NCBI GenBank assembly: GCA_965203485.1
Contig: OZ241892.1
Span: 2,528,001 to 2,592,000 of the forward strand
From: Longimicrobiales bacterium
GTDB lineage: Bacteria; Gemmatimonadota; Gemmatimonadetes; Longimicrobiales; Gaopeijiaceae
Direction: 5' to 3'
Length of the DNA: 64,000 nucleotides
The notes under the pieces were generated by a model that saw nothing but the letters and a program-made list of their open reading frames with translations, ran no database searches and was not told the origin of the DNA. Below are positions 22,773 to 32,310 of the stretch, piece by piece; position 1 is the first letter of the stretch, and each line of letters starts with the position of its first letter. The translations under genes were made by a program, and so were the position numbers.

Positions 22773-23464
22773 CGCGGGGCGGCGGAGCGAGGAGCGCGGC
22801 GCGGGTCTACGGCGCGGCCCTGGCGGTCGTCGTCGCGGTCGTCGTCGCGGCCTGGGCAAGCCGCGCTCGCACTCGCCCGGTGCTCGCGGGCGACCGCGCC
22901 CCCGACTTCGAGGTCCACGACCCGGACGGCCGCCCGGTCACCCTCGCGAGCTACCGCGGCAAGGTGGTTCTCCTCAACGTCTGGGCGACCTGGTGCGCTC
23001 CGTGCAAGGAAGAGATGCCCTCGATGCAGCGGCTCTACGACACGTTCTCCCGCGACCAGTTCGAGATCGCGGCCGTCAGCGTGGACTCTCCGCCGGGTTC
23101 CCTCGACGCCTTGGGGAACGCCGGCGGCGATCCCGTCGCCTTCGCCCGCGACCTGGAACTCACGTTTCCGGTCCTGCTCGACCCCGCCGGCTCCATAGAG
23201 CGCGTCTACCGCACGTCGGGCGTCCCGGAGTCGTTCCTGATCGGCGCGGACGGCGTCGTCTACAAGAAGATGGCGGGGTCCACGGCGTGGGACTCGGAGG
23301 CGAACGTGAACCTGGTGCGGCGGCTGGTTGCCGGCGGCCCGGCGCGCGGCCCAGGCGTGGGCTCCGGCGGCCTCGGCCCGAAACAGCCCGAACGAACAGG
23401 CGAACGCGACGGCTCGCGACCGGACGCGCGCGTCTTCGAGCGTCGCCGCCCGGCCTACGAATAG
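22769..23464 (+). CDS. TlpA/ResA-like thiol-disulfide oxidoreductase
   Basis: N-terminal TM, 'GKVVLLNVWATWCAPCKEEMP', 'GVPESFLI'. Confidence 0.9.
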   Translation: MTRGGGARSAARVYGAALAVVVAVVVAAWASRARTRPVLAGDRAPDFEVHDPDGRPVTLASYRGKVVLLNVWATWCAPCKEEMPSMQRLYDTFSRDQFEIAAVSVDSPPGSLDALGNAGGDPVAFARDLELTFPVLLDPAGSIERVYRTSGVPESFLIGADGVVYKKMAGSTAWDSEANVNLVRRLVAGGPARGPGVGSGGLGPKQPERTGERDGSRPDARVFERRRPAYE

Positions 23465-23467
23465 CGG

Positions 23468-24430
23468 GTGTACTTCCCCCGGTTCCTGGTGCGCAACTGG
23501 CGCCTCAAGGCGGCCGCTCTCGCGATGGCGGTCCTGCTGTGGGCGACGATGCGCTTGCGCGACGACGAGCCGATCAGCCTGGACATCCACGGGGTGGCGG
23601 TCCAAGTCGCCGAGAGCATGGACGCGGGCTGGGTTCTCGTCGGCCCGCCGTCGCCTTCGTCCGTGCGCCTCACGGTGACCGGCTCGCACGCCGACCTCTT
23701 CCGTGCCGGCGTGGCGCGTCCCGTCGTCGTCGTCCCCGCAGACTCCGTGCCGGGCGAGGACTGGCTCCCCGAGCTGAACCCGGACTGGGTGCGCAACATC
23801 GACCGCACCCGCATCGCCGTCGGCGACATCGTGCCCAGCACGGTGCGCCTGCGCTTCGAGCGCAACGTTTCCGAGTGGATCCCCGTTTCGGTGCGCTACG
23901 CCGGGTCTCCGGCGGCCGGAACCGCCCTTTCGGCCGACCCGAGCGTGAGCCCGGTCCTGGTGCGCGTGCAAGGCCCCGCGTCCGTGGTCGACACGCTGCA
24001 GGCCGTCTTCACCGAAGCCTTCGACCTGGGCGCGGCGGCCGGCGCCGAACAGTTCGTCGTCGCCCTGGACGTCGCGGCAATGGAGGGGATCGCGGTCGTG
24101 CCCGACTCGGCCACGGTTACGGTCCTCGCCGGCCCGAAGGAGCACCGCGTCCTAGGCCCCTTGGCCGTGGAGCTGCCGGACTCGGCGATGGCGGCCGAGC
24201 CCAGCGCCGTGGAGGTGACCCTGCGGGGGACCGCGGACGCGCTGGCCGCGGTCGATCCGGCCTCGTTGTTCGTTCGCGTCGCCCTGGACCCGGCGGTGCT
24301 GCGGGCGCAGGCCGAACGAGGCCCCGTGCGCCTTCCGGTCGAGATCGGCGGCCTGCCCCGCTGGGTGGACGCCGAAGTCGACGCCGACTCGGTCACCGTC
24401 CTGGGCGCACGCTTCCGGCAACCGCCGTGA
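23468..24430 (+). CDS. YbbR/CdaR-like protein
   Basis: 'NWRLKAAALAMAVLLW' N-terminus and repeated 'P..V.V.G' beta domains. Confidence 0.75.
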   Translation: MYFPRFLVRNWRLKAAALAMAVLLWATMRLRDDEPISLDIHGVAVQVAESMDAGWVLVGPPSPSSVRLTVTGSHADLFRAGVARPVVVVPADSVPGEDWLPELNPDWVRNIDRTRIAVGDIVPSTVRLRFERNVSEWIPVSVRYAGSPAAGTALSADPSVSPVLVRVQGPASVVDTLQAVFTEAFDLGAAAGAEQFVVALDVAAMEGIAVVPDSATVTVLAGPKEHRVLGPLAVELPDSAMAAEPSAVEVTLRGTADALAAVDPASLFVRVALDPAVLRAQAERGPVRLPVEIGGLPRWVDAEVDADSVTVLGARFRQPP

Positions 24431-25521
24431 TCGCCCCCGTTCTGGGCATCGAGACCACCTGCGACGAGACGTCGGCGGCAGTGCTCGACGAGCAAGGCCG
24501 CATCCTGAGCCTCGTGGTGCACTCGCAGGACGTGCACCGCCTCTACGGCGGCGTCGTGCCCGAACTCGCGGCCCGCGACCACCTCCGGCGCATCGAGCCG
24601 GTGGCGGCCCAAGCCTTCGCCGACGCGGGCGTCGCCCGTTCCGACATCGCGGCCGTGGCCGCCGCCGTGGCTCCCGGCCTCATCGGCGCGCTCCTCGTCG
24701 GCGCCTCCTGGTCGCGCGCCACCGCCTTCGCCCTTCAAGTCCCGTTCGTGCCCGTGCATCACATGGAGGGCCACCTCTTCGGCCCCGTGCTCGAAGACCC
24801 CGACGCCGAGCCTCCCTTCACGGCCCTGGTCGTCTCCGGCGGACACACGCTGCTCCTCTGGGCGCCGGAGTGGGGCAAGTACTTCCTTCTCGGGCGCACC
24901 CGCGACGACGCGGCCGGCGAGGCGTTCGACAAGGTGGCCAAGCTGCTCGGCCTTCCCTACCCCGGCGGACCCGCCATCCAAGCCGCGGCAAAGAACGGCG
25001 ACGCGACCCGCTACCCGCTCCCCCGCCCCCTCCTGCGAACCGGCCGTGAGCCGGCCCGCCCCGGCGACTTCGACTTCTCGTTCTCCGGCCTCAAGACGGC
25101 CGTCGCGCGCCTCGTCGCCGAACTGGACCAAGCGGGCTCGCTGGAGCGCGAGACGCCGCACGTCGCCGCCTCGTTCCAGGAGGCGGCCGTGGACGTGCTG
25201 GCCGCCAAGACCCTGCGCGCCGCCCGCGCGACCGGCTGCAAGCGGGTGCTTCTCGGCGGCGGGGTCTCGGCGAACGCCGCCCTCCGCCAGCGCGTCCGGG
25301 AGGGCGTCGGCGCGAGCGGCCGCGTCTTCGCCGGATCGCCCCGCGTCTCGCTCGACAACGGCGCCATGATCGCCCGCGCCGCCCAGTTCCGCGTGCAGCA
25401 CGGCTCGTTCGGCGGCTTGTCCCAAGCGAACGCGTCCGCTCCGATGCCCGGCCTGACGCCTTGGCGGCCGCCGGAGCCCAAAGCTCCCTTTGACGGCACG
25501 CGGAGAGGTGTTACAGCTTGA
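24427..25521 (+). CDS. tsaD: tRNA N6-threonylcarbamoyltransferase TsaD
   Basis: 'LGIETTCDET', 'GGVVPELAAR', 'HHMEGH', 'SGGHT', 'DDAAGEAFDK', 'DNGAMIA'. Confidence 0.96.
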   Translation: MIAPVLGIETTCDETSAAVLDEQGRILSLVVHSQDVHRLYGGVVPELAARDHLRRIEPVAAQAFADAGVARSDIAAVAAAVAPGLIGALLVGASWSRATAFALQVPFVPVHHMEGHLFGPVLEDPDAEPPFTALVVSGGHTLLLWAPEWGKYFLLGRTRDDAAGEAFDKVAKLLGLPYPGGPAIQAAAKNGDATRYPLPRPLLRTGREPARPGDFDFSFSGLKTAVARLVAELDQAGSLERETPHVAASFQEAAVDVLAAKTLRAARATGCKRVLLGGGVSANAALRQRVREGVGASGRVFAGSPRVSLDNGAMIARAAQFRVQHGSFGGLSQANASAPMPGLTPWRPPEPKAPFDGTRRGVTA

Positions 25522-25557
25522 GATTGCTCCTGGGGGAACCTCAACCCAGGAGGTTGC

Positions 25558-25689
25558 ATGTACCGCCGTAGAAAGCTCTGGTACGCGACGATCGTCGCGG
25601 CCGCACTCGGCGCAACTGGGGCCCCCAAGTCGCGCTCGCCGAAGTCAAACTGGTGGAACGATAAGCTAAGCCAGAGCGACGCGCACTGA
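25558..25689 (+). CDS. Small ORF, 43 aa, with signal-peptide-like N-terminus (possibly truncated)
   Basis: AGGAGG directly upstream; MYRRRKLWYATIVAAALGATGAPKSRSPKSNWWNDKLSQSDAH. Absent from the supplied ORF track. Confidence 0.4.
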   Translation: MYRRRKLWYATIVAAALGATGAPKSRSPKSNWWNDKLSQSDAH

Positions 25690-25803
25690 GTGCCTAGCAT
25701 CGTCTCGGCTCTCTAACGGCTCACGTCCGCTTGTGCCTGCGATCAAATGATTCCGCGTCGTGTCGTCCGGCACGATGAGCCAGGATCGGATCACAACGGC
25801 CGG

Positions 25804-26967
25804 CTAACGCAGAATAGGCCGCAACTCTACCCGCTGGGTGTCCATCTCGTCTCTCGCAACGCCGGCGACGCGCGTCTCCCCGACCCATTTGAGCACAAAG
25901 CCCAGCGGCAGGTCCGCGGTGGCCGCCAAAGCGCCGTCGGGGCCGAATACCTTCCAGTGATTGCGCGGCTCCGGGTACGGCGCCGTGAACTGCATGACCC
26001 ACGTGAAGTCGTCCTCCGACACCCGAACGTCCCGGTACGCGGGAAAGTGCGAGGGGAACGGGTACTCCGCGTAGTATCGGCGAGTTCCGTCGGGGTCGCG
26101 AGCGCGGGCGGCCGCCCGGCGCGAGTACTCGTCCACGTGGAAGCGCGAGACCGCTATTCGGCTCTCGTCGACCGCCAGGGTGTCCCGAACGTTGCCTGCC
26201 ACGTCGAAGCGCGTCAGCGACCACGCGTCGCCTGTGCCAAGGACGAACCCGCGGGGCGACGTATCAAGTTTCGGCCATAGCCCCCACGCCAGAGGGACAA
26301 TGCTGTAGGCCAAGCCGTCGGGGCGGGCCACGTACACTCGCTCGATCCCAGGGAACCGCCCGATCGTCCGCCGGACGGATCCGTCCGGCGCGAAGAGGAC
26401 GAGATCGAAATCGTCTCGGTGCGACTCCTCTGGTAGTTCGTCGATAGCAACGATCGGAGACTCGATGCGATCGATTCCGACGAAGCCGTTCGGGCCAACG
26501 CACCGGACATCCTCAAGAATCGCGCCGTCCAGGGAAATCGTTCGCGCGAATTCGAGATCCAGAGAAAAGACGGTAACGCGATTAAGAACGTCATCCGCGA
26601 CAAACACGCTGTCGCGACCGCAATCTCCGACCCACCCGACGAGCTCAAAGTCGCCGGGACCTTCGCCGTGGCGCCCCGCACTGGCGACGATCTGTCCCGT
26701 CATCGCGTCGAACGCGTGAATGCGTCGGGCTTGGACGTCCGTGACGTAGATGCGGTCGTCCCGGACGAACACGTCGGCCACGCTCCCGAACAGCGCCCCC
26801 GTGTCCTCGCCAACCATCAAGGTCGGCGGACCTAGGCGCCACTGAGCCTCGGCGGGCGAAGCGAGCAGGAGCCCCGCGATCGCCCAAGCCAACCCACCCT
26901 GGAAGGGCGGGAGACTTGGGCAATCGCGAGCCCGGCGCACCGCAATCCTAGGTCTTGACTGGACCAT
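25804..26967 (-). CDS. Secreted 6-bladed beta-propeller (NHL-like) protein
   Basis: Signal 'LAWAIAGLLLASPAEAQ', 'IYVTD', 'GRHGEGPGDF', 'WKVFGPDG'. Start uncertain (26967-27075). Confidence 0.8.
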   Translation of the reverse strand: MVQSRPRIAVRRARDCPSLPPFQGGLAWAIAGLLLASPAEAQWRLGPPTLMVGEDTGALFGSVADVFVRDDRIYVTDVQARRIHAFDAMTGQIVASAGRHGEGPGDFELVGWVGDCGRDSVFVADDVLNRVTVFSLDLEFARTISLDGAILEDVRCVGPNGFVGIDRIESPIVAIDELPEESHRDDFDLVLFAPDGSVRRTIGRFPGIERVYVARPDGLAYSIVPLAWGLWPKLDTSPRGFVLGTGDAWSLTRFDVAGNVRDTLAVDESRIAVSRFHVDEYSRRAAARARDPDGTRRYYAEYPFPSHFPAYRDVRVSEDDFTWVMQFTAPYPEPRNHWKVFGPDGALAATADLPLGFVLKWVGETRVAGVARDEMDTQRVELRPILR

Positions 26968-27085
26968 CCGAACTGCCCGGACGGTCCTGGCCGGGGGGGG
27001 GTGCATCCTGTCGACTCCGAATCGCAGGCGCCCTCCTGGACGTACGCACCACCGCCGTCCAACGGAATAATACATGTCGAGCCAT
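26948..27085 (-). CDS. Small ORF, 45 aa, upstream of the propeller gene; possible decayed peptide gene
   Basis: SD AAAGGAG then ATG: MARHVLFRWTAVVRTSRR...; contains a C9 run. Confidence 0.3.
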   Translation of the reverse strand: MARHVLFRWTAVVRTSRRAPAIRSRQDAPPPGQDRPGSSDGPVKT

Positions 27086-27432
27086 TGACATCTCCTTTAG
27101 TGGTTTGAGCCCGCCTTATCACGAAGGCGGCGGTGATAGGGAATGGCGTGCGACGGCGAGGCCAGCAGGCCCAAGGTGTCCGCCCGAGAACCGGCGACCT
27201 GCCGCCAAGTAACGCCAAGGCGAGGATAATGAAGGGGTTGTTCCGATGCAACTGGACCTGCCCCGACGGCTCTTCGCCTGACGTGGTGGGGAGGGACATG
27301 GAATCGGAACAGCGGGGATGGCACGGGACACGGCGGTCAGTGCTAGGGGCCCGTGGACAAGTCCTTCCGGGCGGCACTAGGGATGGGGGTTAGATTGGAG
27401 GGAGGCGACGATTCCCTGGAAGGAGGACGGAG

Positions 27433-27633
27433 ATGGCGTTGGGCAAGCGTCCGAGGGTGCGCCAGGAGGCGCTGTTCGTGGCGACCAGCGAGATCAGCGT
27501 GACCGAGCACCCGTTCTACCGCGTGCTGGACAAGCTGTTGCGGGAGGACGGGTTCGACGAGTTCGCGGAGGACGTGTGCGCCGAGTTCTACGCGGGCAAC
27601 GTGGGTCGGCCGGGAGTTCCTCCGAGTGTGTAC
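27433..27633 (+). pseudogene. N-terminal fragment of an IS1182/IS5-like transposase
   Basis: SD GGAGGA; 'MALGKR...HPFYRVLDKLL...FYAGNVGRPGVPPSVY', then an abrupt change of sequence character. Confidence 0.7.
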
Positions 27634-27912
27634 GCAGTACACGTCCTGGGCGTTCGAGCGGTGCAGGAAGGCGGGAGCTCGTCGCTCCACGGAACTCCGT
27701 GGGCGACGCCTGCGACAACGCGATGTGCGAGAGCTTCTTCGCCACGTTGGAATGCGAGCTGCTGGACCGTTGCCGGTTCGCGAATCCGGCCGAAGCCCGG
27801 CGCGCCGTCTTCGACTTCATCGAGGGCTCTACAACTCGAGGCACCGACGCTCGGCGCTCGGCTACGAGTCGCCCGCCGGCTTCGAGCGCAAGCGCGCAGT
27901 CGTGCAGTGCGC
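27634..27912 (+). mobile_element. Frameshifted C-terminal fragment of an IS3-family transposase
   Basis: 'QYTSWAF', 'GDACDNAMCESFFATLECE', 'VFDFIEG' / 'YNSRHRRSALGYESP' spread over different frames. Confidence 0.85.
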
Positions 27913-28027
27913 CCGGCCATCTCGGTACGAGGCCGTTCCGCGCCCTTGCGCCTCCGCAAGTTATGTTCACCTTGCACCACCTGAACCCAAGGTCCTTACC
28001 CGTCCACAATACGGAGCAACTCCAGAT

Positions 28028-30121
28028 ATGGCAACTCGTCCTCTGACCCCGAAGTACGACGGCCGCCGCGCTCTCGAACTCCTGCGGACGGGCGTCCGAG
28101 ATGGCGGCGCTGTTTTCCGCGAAGGGCAGGAGCAGGCCATCCGACACGTCGTGGAGGGCCGCGGTCGGTTCCTCGTGGTCCAGAAGACGGGGTGGGGCAA
28201 GAGCTTCGTCTACTTCATCGCGACAAAGCTGCTCCGGGAAGCCGGGCGAGGTCCTGCCCTGCTGGTGTCGCCGTTGCTGTCGCTCATGCGCAACCAGATC
28301 AACGCGGCAGCCCGCATGGGCGTCCAGGCCGTCCGGATCGCATCCGACAACAAGCCGGACTGGTCCGAGGTGGAACGCGGGGTCCAGCAAGACGACATCG
28401 ACATTCTCCTGGTCGCCCCCGAGCGACTGCACAACGAGCGGTTCCGGGCCCGGGTCCTGGAGCCTGCAGCCCACCACGTTTCCTTGCTCGTCGTAGACGA
28501 AGCCCATTGCATGTCCGACTGGGGGCACGACTTTCGGCCCGACTACCGGAGAATTGAGACCTTCGTGCGCAGGTTGCCGCCCAACGTCCGCGTCCTGGCC
28601 ACGACGGCTACGGCCAACCGACGCGTAACCGCGGACGTCCGCGACATCTTGGGAACCGACGTCGAGGTGTCCCGGGGCGATCTGAACCGCCCTTCCCTGG
28701 TTCTGCAGACGATCGACCTTCCCGACAAGGCAGACCGCCTTGCTTGGCTGGCGGAGCAGATCCCGCGACTTTCCGGTCACGGCATCGTCTACACGCTCAC
28801 GGTACGAGACGCGGAGCAGGTCGCCTACTGGCTTGCTTCGCGCGGACTGAAGGTAGAGGCCTACACTGGACAGATGGACCACGACCAACGCGAAGCCCTC
28901 GAGGCCGATCTCCTCGACAATCGCGTCAAGGCCGTCGTGGCGACCGTCGCCCTCGGCATGGGGTTCGACAAGCCCGACCTCGAATTCGTCATTCACTACC
29001 AGATGCCGGGCTTCGCCGTGGCGTACTACCAGCAGGTCGGCCGGGCAGGTCGCGCGCGCGACGCCGCCTACGGCATCCTACTGACCGGCAAGGAAGACGA
29101 CGCGATCACAAACTACTTCATCGAGAGCGCGTTTCCCGCACACGACGAGGTTGACCAGGTGCTGGCGGCACTCCAGCACGCCAGCGATGGTCTCTCGCAG
29201 TCCGAGCTGGAAGCGAAAATCAACCTCGACGGCAAGCGCATAGAGAAGGCCGTGGATCTCCTCTCCCTCGAGTCGTCGCCACCAGTGGTGCGGGACGGAC
29301 GCAAGTGGCACCGGAACGCCGCGGTACGGCTCAGTCCCGCGTTTTGGGAGCGGACGGAACGGTTGACCGACCTGCGGCACCAGGAATGGCAACAGATGCA
29401 GGAATACGTGGCGTTGCGCTCCGGCCACATGGCCTTCCTTGTCCGCGCTCTGGACGGAGAACCAAACGCCGCCCAAGAGGCCGAACTCCCTCCGCTCCCG
29501 ACATCCCCCGATCCCGCGTTGCGGAAGGAGGCGGACTCGTTTCTCAAGAACCGGCCTCTTCCAATCAAGCCGCGCAAGCAGTGGCCAGCCGGCGCCAGCA
29601 GGTCGCGTCCGGGCCGAAAGTCCATCGAGACCAAGTATCGTGCCGAGGAAGGCCTGGCTCTGTGCGTATGGAAAGACGGCGGCCACGGAGACTTGGTCGA
29701 GCGGGGCAAGTACGACGCCGAGCGTTATGACGAAGAACTTGTACAAGCATGCGACGACATGATTCGTCGCTGGAACCCCGAGCAGCCGCCCGAGTGGGTC
29801 ACTTGCATCCCCTCCCAACGAAGCGCGGGAGCGCTGGCCGACTTCTCGAAGCGGTTGGCCAACGCGTTGCAACTGCCGTTCAAGGAGGTCTTTGCAAGAA
29901 AGGGCGATCGGCCCGAACAGAAGGCCATGGCCAACACCGCCCACAAGGTTCGCAACGTGATCGACGCGTTCGACGTAGCCGAGCCGCCGATGCCGGGAGC
30001 CGTGCTGCTGGTCGACGACATCGTCGATTCCGGGTGGACGTTGACGGTTGCCGCAGGGTTGTTGCGCAAGAAGGGCAGCGGCCCGGTGCACCCGTGCGCT
30101 CTGGCCACGCTAAGGGCATGA
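28028..30121 (+). CDS. RecQ-family helicase fused to a C-terminal ComF-like phosphoribosyltransferase domain
   Basis: 'TGWGKS', 'DEAHCMSDWGHDFRPDY', 'TATA', 'ALGMGFDKPD', 'YYQQVGRAGR'; PRT motif 'VLLVDDIVDSGWTL'. Confidence 0.9.
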   Translation: MATRPLTPKYDGRRALELLRTGVRDGGAVFREGQEQAIRHVVEGRGRFLVVQKTGWGKSFVYFIATKLLREAGRGPALLVSPLLSLMRNQINAAARMGVQAVRIASDNKPDWSEVERGVQQDDIDILLVAPERLHNERFRARVLEPAAHHVSLLVVDEAHCMSDWGHDFRPDYRRIETFVRRLPPNVRVLATTATANRRVTADVRDILGTDVEVSRGDLNRPSLVLQTIDLPDKADRLAWLAEQIPRLSGHGIVYTLTVRDAEQVAYWLASRGLKVEAYTGQMDHDQREALEADLLDNRVKAVVATVALGMGFDKPDLEFVIHYQMPGFAVAYYQQVGRAGRARDAAYGILLTGKEDDAITNYFIESAFPAHDEVDQVLAALQHASDGLSQSELEAKINLDGKRIEKAVDLLSLESSPPVVRDGRKWHRNAAVRLSPAFWERTERLTDLRHQEWQQMQEYVALRSGHMAFLVRALDGEPNAAQEAELPPLPTSPDPALRKEADSFLKNRPLPIKPRKQWPAGASRSRPGRKSIETKYRAEEGLALCVWKDGGHGDLVERGKYDAERYDEELVQACDDMIRRWNPEQPPEWVTCIPSQRSAGALADFSKRLANALQLPFKEVFARKGDRPEQKAMANTAHKVRNVIDAFDVAEPPMPGAVLLVDDIVDSGWTLTVAAGLLRKKGSGPVHPCALATLRA

Positions 30122-31542
30122 TGGCCGAGCCGACGCCGGACACGAAGGCCGTCTTGATGCTGACGGCTCCTTTGCTGGCGAAGACACCGTCCTCGAAGGA
30201 GTTGGTCAAGCCCTTGAAGCCCAAGGAATACAGGACGCTGGCCGCATGGTTGCACGACGAGGGCGCACGGCCCGCCGAACTGATGGAACGGGGGAACGCC
30301 AAGCTCATCGCCGACTTCGCGGCCCAAGAGAAACTTGGGGGCGACGACGAGACTCCGCAGCGGCTACGGAAACTCTTGGAGCGCGGCGTCGAGCTCGCGT
30401 TTGCCTTGGAGCGCTGGAACCAGCGGGCGATCTGGGTTCTTGGCCACAACGACCGCGAATATCCAGAGCGATGGAAGCAACGGTTCGGCGAGGACGCGTT
30501 TCCGTTGCTGTACGGTTGCGGCGACCCGGGGCTCCTAGCGAACGGCGGATTGGCCGTCGTCGGTTCCCGGCATGCGCCCGACGAGGCTCTGGAATGCGCG
30601 GCGAACGCCGGACGGCTTGCAGCCCGCGCCGACTGCACGATCGTGTCGGGCGGCGCGCGGGGATCGGATCAGGCGGCCATGCGCGGCGCCCTCGAAGAGG
30701 GAGGGAGCGCGGTCGGCGTCCTGGCCAACGGACTCGATCGAGCGGTCCTCCATGCGGATCATCTAGAGGTGTTGAGGGACGAAAAGCTCGTGCTCGTCTG
30801 TCCGTGGGATCCGGGTGTTCGCTTTCAGGTATGGCGCGCCATGCAACGCAACAAGCTGATCTATGCGCTTGCGGACGCAGCCCTGGTCGCCGCCTACGAG
30901 CCCGGCAAAGGCGGGACCTGGAGCGGAGCGACGGAACAACTGAAGTTGCCCCAATCCGTGCCGGTATACGTGCGTGACCCTCTGATGACGAAGGGGGCGC
31001 AACCATGGCGGGAACCGCAGAACCCAGAGGCCCTCAGGAATCTGCTCCGCCCGCCGCGCGCGTCGGCCAAGGATCCCCCGGAGGCCGAAGCGGCGCCGAC
31101 GCGCGAAGCCCAGCCCGCACGCGATTCAGAAGAGGAGTTGTTCGCAACCGTTCGTCGTATCTTCGGCCGCATGAGCCCGGAAGCAAGGACGCCGAAGGGC
31201 CTCGAGAATGAACTCAACATCAAACCTTCGCAAGCAAAGGACTGGTGGAACCGCCTTGTTGGCGAGAAGCTTCCCGAAGTGCTCGAACGCACGCCGCGTC
31301 CGCAGTCCGAGAACGAGATCGCACGGGCGGCGCAGTTGCCCGCCAGCGTGCAGAGACTCGTTAGGGCTCGGTTGCAAGACTTAGAGCGAAACGGCCTGCT
31401 CAAGAAGGAAGGATCTCGGCCCGTTCGGTATTGCCTTTCGGAGCCGGATCCAGGCTCCGGCGCTTCGGGAAGAATGGCGGAAGCGGCCGACTTGCCGGCG
31501 CGGGGCGCGGGGGACCGGCCGCTGGAGCCATCCTTCTGGTAG
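30118..31542 (+). CDS. DprA/Smf-family protein with a C-terminal winged-helix-like extension
   Basis: 'AVVGSR', 'VSGGARGSD', 'AMQRNKLIYALAD', 'GGTWSGA'; ATGA overlap with the helicase gene. Confidence 0.88.
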   Translation: MMAEPTPDTKAVLMLTAPLLAKTPSSKELVKPLKPKEYRTLAAWLHDEGARPAELMERGNAKLIADFAAQEKLGGDDETPQRLRKLLERGVELAFALERWNQRAIWVLGHNDREYPERWKQRFGEDAFPLLYGCGDPGLLANGGLAVVGSRHAPDEALECAANAGRLAARADCTIVSGGARGSDQAAMRGALEEGGSAVGVLANGLDRAVLHADHLEVLRDEKLVLVCPWDPGVRFQVWRAMQRNKLIYALADAALVAAYEPGKGGTWSGATEQLKLPQSVPVYVRDPLMTKGAQPWREPQNPEALRNLLRPPRASAKDPPEAEAAPTREAQPARDSEEELFATVRRIFGRMSPEARTPKGLENELNIKPSQAKDWWNRLVGEKLPEVLERTPRPQSENEIARAAQLPASVQRLVRARLQDLERNGLLKKEGSRPVRYCLSEPDPGSGASGRMAEAADLPARGAGDRPLEPSFW

Positions 31543-31566
31543 CAAGTCCCTTCGGCTTCGGGCTAG

Positions 31567-32310
31567 CTAACGCCCGGCTCCGGCCATTTTTCCGCTCGAT
31601 GCGGCCCTGCGGACCCCCAGCGCTCCCAGCGCCGTCCATGCTCCGGCGTAGATCGCAGTGCGGAGCAGCGCTCCGGGCGACCCGCCGTCGCCGCCGCGGA
31701 CCCAGCGCATCGTGCCGTTCAAGTCTTCAAAGGGAAACAACGCCTCCAACACGACCCGTGTCGCAAACCGCTCCTCGAGGCCCGGCCGGAGTTCGGCCAG
31801 GACAACAGCGGCCAAACTGATCGCGCCAAAGGCGATCAGGGCCATCCGAGCTCCCCCGGGCAACCAAGCCGACAGTCCGAATCCGACCGCGCCGATCGTC
31901 AGTACCACGACCACCGCCCCCGGCACCGTCAGCATGGGATGCGATTCGAGGTCCCAGCCTGCGAGCACGGCCACGGCGGACAACGCGCCGAGCCAGAGCA
32001 CCGCGAGGCCGACGCCGACCGCAGTGGTTTCCGCGAACCTCGCCAAGTAGAACGTCACCGGACTGACGGCGCGCTGCATCCAGAAGACCGCATGTCCCCG
32101 GCGGAAGTCCGCGCACACGTCGGCAAGCAAGACCGCAAGAACAACCGTGCCAACGGGCGCCAAGACCGTGAAGAGGTCCTCCACGCGCCCCCCGTACCAG
32201 TACAGGCCAGCCAGCGCGCCCATGGAGGCGAAGAGCGTCCACAGCGCCCGGCGGTGCGGCGACAACGCCAACGCGATCCGGGCCGCGAGAGGGGTCAGTC
32301 GGCGGCTCAA
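31567..32310 (-). CDS. ABC-2-type membrane permease (about 6 TM)
   Basis: TTG overlapping the ATPase stop; multiple hydrophobic helices; 'DFRRG..VFWMQRAVSP..FYLARF' loop. Confidence 0.7.
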   Translation of the reverse strand: MSRRLTPLAARIALALSPHRRALWTLFASMGALAGLYWYGGRVEDLFTVLAPVGTVVLAVLLADVCADFRRGHAVFWMQRAVSPVTFYLARFAETTAVGVGLAVLWLGALSAVAVLAGWDLESHPMLTVPGAVVVVLTIGAVGFGLSAWLPGGARMALIAFGAISLAAVVLAELRPGLEERFATRVVLEALFPFEDLNGTMRWVRGGDGGSPGALLRTAIYAGAWTALGALGVRRAASSGKMAGAGR

